A DNA stretch of 64,000 bases from an uncultured SAR116 cluster alpha proteobacterium (lineage in GTDB: Bacteria > Pseudomonadota > Alphaproteobacteria > Puniceispirillales > Puniceispirillaceae). The stretch lies in the NCBI GenBank assembly GCA_902625725.1, contig CACOCY010000003.1, positions 146,905-210,904 on the forward strand. The letters run 5' to 3'. A program made the position numbers and the translations under genes. Of the stretch, positions 30,289-38,477 are shown in pieces (position 1 is the stretch's first letter; each line of letters starts with the position of its first letter). A model generated the notes under the pieces. It was not told where the DNA came from. It made no database searches and was given only the letters and a program-made list of their open reading frames with translations.

Positions 30289-31545
30289 ATGGATGCAGAT
30301 ATTTTAATCCCAGTATTATGGGAATGGTTAGAGTTTGCTGTCCGATGGTTGCATGTCATTACAGCTATTTCGTGGATTGGAACATCGTTTTATTTTATAG
30401 CACTCGATTTGGGATTGCGAAAGATTAGTGATGAAGAAAAAGGTATCGCAGGGGAAGAGTGGCAGGTACATGGGGGCGGATTTTATAATATAAAGAAATA
30501 TACTGTTGCACCCTCCCATCTTCCAGAGCATTTAACTTGGTTTAAGTGGGAGGCTTATGCTACTTGGTTGTCAGGTTTCGCTCTCATGGCAATCGTCTAT
30601 TATTTAGGTGCAGATTTATTTTTAATAGATGATAATAAAATATCCATGCCAACTTATATTGGAATTATTATATCTATAGCCTCACTTGGAATTACTTGGC
30701 TAACTTATGACTATATATGCAAATCTGAGCTCGGAAAAAACAGTAACTTACTCATGATACTTCTTTTTGGGTATCTAGTCCTGCTTGCATGGGGTTTCGA
30801 CCAAATTTTCACTGGAAGAGCAGCATTTATTCATTTAGGGGCTGTGACTGCTACAATTATGGCATTCAACGTATTTATGGTTATTATCCCAAAACAGAAA
30901 ATTGTGATTGCAGATTTACAAGCTGGTAAAACCCCAGATGCACATTACGGATTTGTTGCAAAGCAACGTTCCACTCACAACAACTATCTAACTCTTCCAG
31001 TTCTTTTTTTAATGTTGTCAAATCACTATCCCTTGTCATTTTCAACAGAATATAATTGGATAATTGCTTCAATAGTTTTTTTGATGGGTGTCTCAATACG
31101 TCATTACTTTAATACTATTCATGCCAGAAGAGGAAACCCAATATGGACATGGTTTGCAACTCTAGGACTGTTTATGATTATTGTAATTCTGTCTATCTAT
31201 CCAGCATTCAAAGGCTCCATAACTGACAGAGAGGAAATGACCTTATCACAGGTAAATTTAACATCCCGACAAGCAGAACTTTTGACTGCAGATAATTTTG
31301 AAGCAATCGTAGAGATTGTATACACAAGATGTAATATGTGTCATGCTGCCGAACCTTACTATGACGGTATTATAGTTGCTCCAAAAAATATTATATTGGA
31401 GACTGAATTAGATATATTAAAGCATGCTCGGCAAATTTATGTGAATTCTGCCATTTCGCATGCTATGCCACCAGCAAATCTAGCATCAATGGAAACAAAA
31501 GAACGTCTTTTAATTGCCCGATGGTACGAAAACAACAAACCTTAA
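30289..31545 (+). CDS. puuD: Membrane-bound cytochrome c urate hydroxylase, PuuD type
   Basis: Polytopic N-terminal domain plus a C-terminal haem c motif CNMCH. Start moved to MDADILIP (30289, in frame), because the track start at 30190 overlaps uraH by 89 nt. Confidence 0.8.
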   Translation: MDADILIPVLWEWLEFAVRWLHVITAISWIGTSFYFIALDLGLRKISDEEKGIAGEEWQVHGGGFYNIKKYTVAPSHLPEHLTWFKWEAYATWLSGFALMAIVYYLGADLFLIDDNKISMPTYIGIIISIASLGITWLTYDYICKSELGKNSNLLMILLFGYLVLLAWGFDQIFTGRAAFIHLGAVTATIMAFNVFMVIIPKQKIVIADLQAGKTPDAHYGFVAKQRSTHNNYLTLPVLFLMLSNHYPLSFSTEYNWIIASIVFLMGVSIRHYFNTIHARRGNPIWTWFATLGLFMIIVILSIYPAFKGSITDREEMTLSQVNLTSRQAELLTADNFEAIVEIVYTRCNMCHAAEPYYDGIIVAPKNIILETELDILKHARQIYVNSAISHAMPPANLASMETKERLLIARWYENNKP

Positions 31546-31985
31546 TTATGGATTTTATTAATCAAATCAGCCAACTTTTTTTTACTTTTACCAAGTGCTT
31601 TGGCTTTGGATATTTCAATCTTGTTCGAAATATTTTTACCAACAACAATCAATCCTATCATACCTTGGCTTTTATGAGGAGTGCACCAGTAGTAATAGAT
31701 ACCAGGTATTTCTAAGATTATATCATATTGTTTATTCATTTTGCTTCTTTTGGGTATTGAAAATCCTGATGGTCCTTCAATAAACTCAACATTATGTCCC
31801 TTAGATTTTGGCCATACAATTTTATCACCTACTTCAGAGTAAAGAATTTCAGGAGAATATGACATTTTCAACATATCTACTTGCAATTCTGCGGAATAAC
31901 ATAACTTTGATAATAAAAACATTGGGGCAACAACCCAAATCAGAATTAACCATTTTAGCTGTATTTTAATCATTTTATTGCTCAT
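31542..31985 (-). CDS. Pseudoazurin-type blue copper protein (cupredoxin) with signal peptide
   Basis: Copper ligand pattern KGHNVEF ... YYYWCTPHKSQGMIGLIVVG (His, Cys, His, Met) and a hydrophobic N-terminal leader. Confidence 0.85.
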   Translation of the reverse strand: MSNKMIKIQLKWLILIWVVAPMFLLSKLCYSAELQVDMLKMSYSPEILYSEVGDKIVWPKSKGHNVEFIEGPSGFSIPKRSKMNKQYDIILEIPGIYYYWCTPHKSQGMIGLIVVGKNISNKIEISKAKALGKSKKKLADLINKIHN

Positions 31986-32055
31986 AGAAACTCTACTTAT
32001 TAGAAAATTTAACTTGTTTACTATATTTTTAAAACTTAAATTTTATAAAGTCTTA

Positions 32056-32101
32056 TTTTTCTAATTGAAACTTGTTACTTTTTCTAATTAAAACTTGCTT
32101 C
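32056..32101. repeat. Two tandem 23-nt direct repeats in the pseudoazurin/uraD divergent intergenic region
   Basis: TTTTTCTAATTGAAACTTGTTAC (32056-32078) is followed directly by TTTTTCTAATTAAAACTTGCTTC (32079-32101), 20/23 identical. Weaker AACTTG-containing copies lie at ~32011 and ~32031. Confidence 0.6.
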
Positions 32102-32286
32102 CAGTGTTTCATTAAGAAATTTTTTTGATACAAATTTTAGATTAAACTGAGCATATGAAGCCACGATAGTTAATTTTCTGCAAAGACAAATATGTTTGCT
32201 AATTGCTCAATTCTAAGAAACTTATATAATATCTATAACATCTTTATGCTAATTACCTTAAATAGGCACTTGTAGAGAATAAATTT

Positions 32287-32802
32287 ATGATTAAGAAAAC
32301 TATTCCCTCAGAACTATCTCAAGCTGAATTTCTTACCGTATTTGGTGGTGTATTTGAAAAATCGAATTGGATTGCAGAGGCTTTTTTTGACTTAGGAATG
32401 GATAGTAAATATGACAATGCTAATAACCTTCATAACGCCATGGTCAAAATATTTAGAGCATCCAGCAATCAAAAAAAGCTTAAAGTTCTGTTAGCACATC
32501 CTGATCTTGCCGGGAAACTAGCACAACGTGGTGAACTTACTGAGGAGTCACAAAATGAGCAAAAATCTGCTGGTCTTAATCAACTTACATCAAACGAGTT
32601 TGCAGAATTTCAAAATTTAAATACGAGATATATGAACAAACACGGATTTCCGTTTATCATTGCTGTGAAAGGTCTTACAAAATTAGAAATATTATCTGAA
32701 TTCAGAAAAAGGGTAAATAATTCTAATGAAGCAGAATTTTATGAGGCATGCTTGCAGGTTGAAAGGATTGCATACATTCGAATAAGAGACATAATCGATT
32801 AG
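32287..32802 (+). CDS. uraD: OHCU (2-oxo-4-hydroxy-4-carboxy-5-ureidoimidazoline) decarboxylase
   Basis: 171 aa with FGGVFEKSNWIAE and LLAHPDLAGKLA motifs. Confidence 0.85.
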   Translation: MIKKTIPSELSQAEFLTVFGGVFEKSNWIAEAFFDLGMDSKYDNANNLHNAMVKIFRASSNQKKLKVLLAHPDLAGKLAQRGELTEESQNEQKSAGLNQLTSNEFAEFQNLNTRYMNKHGFPFIIAVKGLTKLEILSEFRKRVNNSNEAEFYEACLQVERIAYIRIRDIID

Positions 32803-32826
32803 TATTTTTAATGCTACAGAATTGTG

Positions 32827-33522
32827 TCAATAGCTTTTCTCAGCGGGTGCCAAATGTTTTAAAATGAAACATCCTCCAGAGATAGAAGGACCTACCAAAA
32901 ACGCAAATAATAAAGTGCCCATACCAACTGTACCGCCAAGCATCCAGCCAGAAAAAACAACTATTATTTCTATCGTGCTTCGTACAATTGATATTGGAAG
33001 ATTCGTCAATTTTGTTAATCCTGTCATAAGCCCATCTCTTGGACCAGGGCCAAGGTTAGCGCTTAGATATAACGCTGCTCCAAATCCAACAATCAAAATA
33101 CCAATTAACGATTGTAATACCTGAAATAAATACAAATCAGGTTTAGGAAGATACGGTAGTGATAGGTCGAGCATTGAAGCAACTATAAATGCATTTAAAA
33201 TTGTTCCAATTCCTGGAACCTGACGGAGGGGTATCCATGTAAGTAATACAAAAAAACTAATCACAAAAGTTGCGAACCCTACGCTCCACCCGGTGATTAA
33301 ATTTATACCTTCAGCAAGGGTGGTCCAGGGACTCACACCTGCACTTGCTGCAATTAATAACGCCTCCCCTAGGCCAAATAACACCAAACCGAAAATTAAT
33401 ACAAATACACTGATAAAGGGTGGCGTTATGGTCAGCGCCTTTGGCGACCTCCAAAATAATTGAGGTACATTTTTTACAGTTAAAAACCGAATCTTGCTTA
33501 AAATAGTCATGCAAAAGCCCAA
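32827..33522 (-). CDS. YczE/YitT-like polytopic membrane protein
   Basis: About six hydrophobic segments and GLGEALLIAASAGVSPWTTLAEGI. Function unknown. Confidence 0.55.
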   Translation of the reverse strand: MGFCMTILSKIRFLTVKNVPQLFWRSPKALTITPPFISVFVLIFGLVLFGLGEALLIAASAGVSPWTTLAEGINLITGWSVGFATFVISFFVLLTWIPLRQVPGIGTILNAFIVASMLDLSLPYLPKPDLYLFQVLQSLIGILIVGFGAALYLSANLGPGPRDGLMTGLTKLTNLPISIVRSTIEIIVVFSGWMLGGTVGMGTLLFAFLVGPSISGGCFILKHLAPAEKSY

Positions 33523-33666
33523 ATTTAATAATGATTCCGAAACCTACCTTGGTTTTGGCAATCCGTCATTAAATTAAATTAAAAAAACAAGCATAAGGCA
33601 TGAAATCATAGTTTATTGGTTAGGAAAGAATTTTGTTTTTATATAATTAAAACATTAATATAATTC

Positions 33667-34986
33667 CTAAGAGGCTATTGCCCCCTCCATGGGGTCTAAA
33701 GCCTGTTCAACGTCAGCAATTATATCGTCAATATGCTCAATTCCAACCGAGAATCTAACATATCCTGGTGTTACGCCTGTTGCCACTTGTTCTGTTTCAT
33801 TTAGTTGAGAATGTGTAGTAGAAGCTGGATGTATTGCAAGTGTACGTGCATCACCTATATTTGCAACATGATAAATCATCTTCAGATTATCAATTAACTG
33901 TCTACCCGCTTTTTCACCACCTTTAAGTTCAATGCCGAGCAGTGGGCCATATCCTGTTTTCATATATTTATCAGCTCTTTCTTTATCTACACCAGAAAAA
34001 TAGCTTGGATAAATTACATTGAATACCTGACTGTGACTGCTAAAATAGTCGGCCAGTTTTTGAGCATTTGCCTGCTGCTCTCTAAAGCGTAATGGTAATG
34101 TTTCTAGGCCTTGAATTATTTGAAAGGCATTAGTTGGAGAAATAGCTGGCCCTAAATCACGAAGTAGAACGACGCGGGCCCTGATTGCAAAAGCAATAGG
34201 TGCACCAATAGCTTCAGGGACAAGTTCTCCCCAAACTGCACCATGGTAGCTGTTGTCAGGAGAATTCATTAATGGCTGTTGTTCTGGTTTTTCTGTCCAA
34301 TTAAAATTGCCGCTATCAATTATCACTCCGCCAATAGATGTCCCATGGCCTCCAATAAATTTTGTCAAAGAATGAACAACAATAGAAGCACCATCCTCTA
34401 TCGGCTTGCACGTAATTGGCGAGGCTGTGTTGTCGACAATAAGAGGAATACCAAGTTTTTTACCGATTTTAGCTATTTCGCTGGTCGGAAACAGCTTTAA
34501 TTTTGGATTTGGAAGAGTTTCACCAAAATAAGCACGTGTTTTTTTATCACTTAATTCAGCAAAGCTTTCTGGTCTTTCGGGATCTGCAATACGAACCTCT
34601 ATTCCGAATTGTTTTAAGGTATTATTAAATAAGTTCCATGTACCACCATACAAATAAGGAGAGGAAACAATATTATCTCCAGCAGACGCTAGATTTTGAA
34701 TGGATAACGCAATAGCCGCTGAGCCGGAAGAAACGCAAAGAGCGGCTAGACCTCCCTCTAATGCAGCTAATCTCTCCTCAAGTACAGCTGTTGTAGGGTT
34801 CATAATCCGGGTGTAAATATTACCTAACTCTTTTAGTGCAAATAAATTGCCTGCATGTTCTGTGTTATCAAATTGATAACTTGTAGTCTGATAAATAGGA
34901 ACCGCTACAGAATTTGTTGATGTATCAGAGCGGTAACTTCCAGCATGCAAAACCAGTGTCTCTGGATTTCTTGAATTATTAGACAT
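33667..34986 (-). CDS. metY: O-acetylhomoserine sulfhydrylase / aminocarboxypropyltransferase (PLP-dependent)
   Basis: ETLVLHAG N-terminus and PLP-lysine motif HSLTKFIGGHGTSIGG. Start set at MSNNSRNPETL, which is preceded by GGAGG. The track start at 35109 adds an implausible 41-aa AT-rich extension. Confidence 0.9.
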   Translation of the reverse strand: MSNNSRNPETLVLHAGSYRSDTSTNSVAVPIYQTTSYQFDNTEHAGNLFALKELGNIYTRIMNPTTAVLEERLAALEGGLAALCVSSGSAAIALSIQNLASAGDNIVSSPYLYGGTWNLFNNTLKQFGIEVRIADPERPESFAELSDKKTRAYFGETLPNPKLKLFPTSEIAKIGKKLGIPLIVDNTASPITCKPIEDGASIVVHSLTKFIGGHGTSIGGVIIDSGNFNWTEKPEQQPLMNSPDNSYHGAVWGELVPEAIGAPIAFAIRARVVLLRDLGPAISPTNAFQIIQGLETLPLRFREQQANAQKLADYFSSHSQVFNVIYPSYFSGVDKERADKYMKTGYGPLLGIELKGGEKAGRQLIDNLKMIYHVANIGDARTLAIHPASTTHSQLNETEQVATGVTPGYVRFSVGIEHIDDIIADVEQALDPMEGAIAS

Positions 34987-35126
34987 CCTAACCTCCATTA
35001 AAATAATAAATATTTGTTTAAAGTATTTTATCCTATAAATTAATAAAAAATATTTACTTTTTTCTTTTTTTCTATTAAATATATCTAAAAAAGGGAAATT
35101 TTTCTGCAATTTAAGGTTTTTACAGT

Positions 35127-35579
35127 ATGGATAAAATAGATAATGATATACTTAAAATTTTACAGGACAACTCAAACATCTCTTTGAGTAATTTATCAAA
35201 GCGAATAGGAATTTCTAAAACGCCCTGCTGGAATAGAATAAGACGTTTGGAAGAGGAAGGGATTATATCAAAGCAGGTCGCCTTATTAAACAGAAATGCG
35301 TTGGGATTACCAATCGTAGTTTTTCTGTCTATTTCGGTTGGAAGACATAGCACTGAATGGACAGAAAAATTTCATGCGCTTGTCCATTCCCACAAAGAAA
35401 TTGTTGAAGTACATCGCCTAACCGGTTCTGGTGCGGACTACCTTTTGAAGATTGTAAGCCAAACTGTTGAAGCCTATGACAAATTCCAGCAAACACTTAT
35501 TGCTAAAATCGACTTTACTTCGATGTCATCGAGCGTTTCTTTGCAAGAAATAAAATATCAAACTAGCTTTCCACTTTAA
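35127..35579 (+). CDS. Lrp/AsnC-family transcriptional regulator
   Basis: 150 aa. N-terminal HTH (DKIDNDILKILQDNSNISLSNLSKRIGISKTPCWNRIRRLEEEG) plus a C-terminal RAM-like domain. Divergent from metY. Confidence 0.88.
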   Translation: MDKIDNDILKILQDNSNISLSNLSKRIGISKTPCWNRIRRLEEEGIISKQVALLNRNALGLPIVVFLSISVGRHSTEWTEKFHALVHSHKEIVEVHRLTGSGADYLLKIVSQTVEAYDKFQQTLIAKIDFTSMSSSVSLQEIKYQTSFPL

Positions 35580-36425
35580 TTGAATTTAATCGAATTATAT
35601 TTGGGTTTTTATGATATTTTAATTGGATTTTTCATTTTTGATAACTTTATCAAAGGCAGAACTGATAGAAATTTTTCAAAGAGTTGGTCAAAAATAACTA
35701 GCGCTTTGCCTCGCAAACTGGTTTGGAAGACATTTGGTCCCAGTCATGGTAAAATTACTCGCATTTATCAAACCATAAATATTCTCTTTCATTTGGTTCC
35801 GTTGGAACTTTGACTGCAGAATATTTACATTGAAACATTCCATGAATTTACAATATAAAAAAATTCAGTTCTTCCGTGCGGCCGTATAACACAAGCAGCC
35901 ATTTTAGAAACATTCTCTGAAGCCAATTGATCTCCAATATTATGAATAAAAATACTACACTTACTTCATCACCCGCCTCCGCTCTTATTGCTGACTGAAG
36001 GGAGTGTTCAGTACTTGTGACTTGATAGCCTGTAAGCGCATCATACACTAAATAGAGCTTCTATAATTTTATCCAGAAGCCCTTAAATATAATTAGTTTC
36101 AAATAAATGTAAAAGGGCGTATTCGTTGACAGTTCCATGACCCGTTCTTTAAAATGAAACTTTATTTTCTTTGCTCATTTTTTTCTTCCTTTATTCCATG
36201 ACTTAATTCATCTTTGTATGATTTTTGTATAACTATAGCCTTCAAACTATTTTAAAATATATGTGGGAAAGCTATGCCTTGGAAATTTACGACCTAAAAG
36301 ATGTCTTTTCTTGCAAAATCTGTCTGTTTAGCAATACAACAAATAAGTTTACATAATTTAAATCACAGGAAACGAATTATGATTAGTATCGCTTCAAAAA
36401 TAATATTGAATAGAAAGAGATTAAA

Positions 36426-37553
36426 ATGAAGTCTATCGGCGTAGGTGTTATTGGCACTGGTTTTATGGGTAAAGCACATTCTATTGCTTATAGCGCTTCT
36501 GCATCTGTTTTTGGTAACGGTCTAAGGCCAAAACTTGAAATTGTTTGTGACTTAAGTCCGGAGCGTGCAAGTCAACGCGCAACGGACCTTGGTTTTTCGC
36601 GTTATAGTGATAAATGGCAGGATGTTGTAAATGACAAAGCCGTCGAACTTATTTCTATTTGCACGCCAAATGACACTCATTCTAAAATCGCGATTGCGGC
36701 ATTAGCCGCCGGCAAACACGTATGGTGCGAAAAACCAATGTCAACAAATATCTCAGACTCGTTGGCGATGAGTTTGGCAGCTGAACAATCATCAGCCAAA
36801 ACCATTATTGGATATAATTATACTAAAAATCCAGCTGTAACACATGCCAGAAGATTAATAGAAAAAGGCACAATTGGGCGAGTTGCCGGTTTTTTCTGCC
36901 GTTATGATGTTGATAACGAAGCAGCAGAGGAGCGCCCATGGTCATGGCGTATGTCTCGTGAGATGTCAGGGACTGGAGCTAATGGAGATGTTTTAAGCCA
37001 TGTCATATCAGTTGCCCATTACTTGACTGGATCTTCAATATCAAAAGCAGTTGCAGATATGGCCATAGTACATTCTAAAAGGAAAGACCCAAAGCGTCGA
37101 AATTCTGAACAAATAGTTGATAATGACGATATGGTTGCAGCTTTAGTTAGATTTGAAAATGGGGTTCATGGACATATTGGCGCTAGTCGTGTCACCTGGG
37201 GTAAGAAGTGTGGACTAACATGGGAAATACATGGAACAAAGGGTACTATTTGTTATAACCAAGAGAGATTGAACGAAATAAATCTATTTACGAAGTCTAA
37301 TGATGCTTCACTAGACGGATTCAAGACTATTTTAACTGGCCCGTATCATCCTCCATACGAATCTTTCTTGCCAAATGGAGGACATGGTCTCGGGTATATG
37401 GATGTGAAAATTTGCGAACTTCGTGAACTTCTCTTATCTATAGAAACGGATAGCGCAGTGTGGCCTGACTTTTCAGCAGGTTTAAAAATCGAAAAAGTAA
37501 TGGATGCTATCGACAGGTCAACAAGAACTAGTAGATGGGAGACAGTTGAATGA
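36426..37553 (+). CDS. Gfo/Idh/MocA-family NAD(P)-dependent oxidoreductase
   Basis: N-terminal Rossmann motif IGVGVIGTGFMGKAH and the CEKP motif. Confidence 0.85.
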   Translation: MKSIGVGVIGTGFMGKAHSIAYSASASVFGNGLRPKLEIVCDLSPERASQRATDLGFSRYSDKWQDVVNDKAVELISICTPNDTHSKIAIAALAAGKHVWCEKPMSTNISDSLAMSLAAEQSSAKTIIGYNYTKNPAVTHARRLIEKGTIGRVAGFFCRYDVDNEAAEERPWSWRMSREMSGTGANGDVLSHVISVAHYLTGSSISKAVADMAIVHSKRKDPKRRNSEQIVDNDDMVAALVRFENGVHGHIGASRVTWGKKCGLTWEIHGTKGTICYNQERLNEINLFTKSNDASLDGFKTILTGPYHPPYESFLPNGGHGLGYMDVKICELRELLLSIETDSAVWPDFSAGLKIEKVMDAIDRSTRTSRWETVE

Positions 37554-37585
37554 ATACAAACCGCTATTAATTCGCTATCCGTTCA

Positions 37586-38335
37586 TTAATTCAAACTTGA
37601 AATATATTCTTCCACAGTAACATTATGATATGTTATGGAAGAAATGCCCAAATCAACAGGCTCGGGATCTACGATTTCAATTATTGCGTTGTTTTGAAGG
37701 CCTAATCGCAGGGCTATTGAGGTGATGTTTACACTAAAGGAAGTGCCTATAAATACCATTTTATCGGCCTCTATCATCCATCTTTCCGCATCGCTCATTC
37801 GATACAGGTTTGTATAATATTCGTCAAATAATAAGATAAAAGGTTTAAATGATACTTCCTTTTCGGGTCGTTTTGTAAGAGCAGATATTTTGAAACTCTC
37901 TAGTAATGCTCTTTTTAAACGAGAATGATCTTCACTTTCAATCTTTAAGTTTGCTACTTCTTCCCATGGTGCCTCTAGCAATTCTTGATGTTGATCTTGA
38001 CCTCTAAAAATAGTCACTTTATCCAATCTTCCATGAATGGCAATATAGCTTCTATTACCTGCTCTTCCATCAAGCCCATCAATGTTTTGAGTTATTAATC
38101 TTTTATCTGCAAGCCAGTAATGTGCTATATTTGGTGGCACATCCTTGTAAGTTATAAACCGCTGATAATACCACAATAAAAATTCATCTGGCTGATTACA
38201 ATACATCCGACGTGTTGCCATCTCCTGTGGTGTGTAATTGGCGCTCCCAATAGTCCAAAAACCATCCTCACCTCTAAAGGTTGGAATACCACTTTGTTTG
38301 CTTACCCCAGCGCCTGTAATGTACAAACTAATCAT
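37586..38335 (-). CDS. SIR2-family (sirtuin-like) protein lacking the zinc-ribbon cysteines
   Basis: GAGVSKQSGIPTFRG, QNIDGLDGRAG and AIHG catalytic-core motifs. There is only one Cys in the whole protein. Start set at MISLYITGAG; the track start is at 38401. Confidence 0.75.
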   Translation of the reverse strand: MISLYITGAGVSKQSGIPTFRGEDGFWTIGSANYTPQEMATRRMYCNQPDEFLLWYYQRFITYKDVPPNIAHYWLADKRLITQNIDGLDGRAGNRSYIAIHGRLDKVTIFRGQDQHQELLEAPWEEVANLKIESEDHSRLKRALLESFKISALTKRPEKEVSFKPFILLFDEYYTNLYRMSDAERWMIEADKMVFIGTSFSVNITSIALRLGLQNNAIIEIVDPEPVDLGISSITYHNVTVEEYISSLN

Positions 38336-38477
38336 AAAATTGGATTTCTGAATCAAATAAAATAACCATTTAAGCTTATTTTCTATTTTAAAAGTATTCA
38401 AATTAAAAAATATTTAAAGTAAATTGAAATCAGACTAGTCCCACTGATATTAATAAAATTTTAAATAAGAAAATTTG

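Noticed and set aside
33540-33570. Hairpin CCGAAACC-TACCTT-GGTTTTGG downstream of metY (minus strand).
   Set aside because: It has an 8-bp stem with one G-U pair but no U-tract on the relevant strand, so it is too weak to annotate as a terminator.
34987-35126. Possible SAM-II/SAM-V-type riboswitch in the metY leader.
   Set aside because: The leader is extremely AT-rich and I cannot identify a convincing pseudoknot core. Only a covariance-model scan could settle this. I found nothing supportable by eye.
34987-35353. 41-codon AT-rich N-terminal extension of metY (to 35109), and the 77-aa minus-strand ORF at 35120-35353.
   Set aside because: MetY homologues start near ETLxLHAG, and the ATG at 34986 is preceded by GGAGG. 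ORF 35120-35353 is antisense to the well-supported Lrp/AsnC gene.
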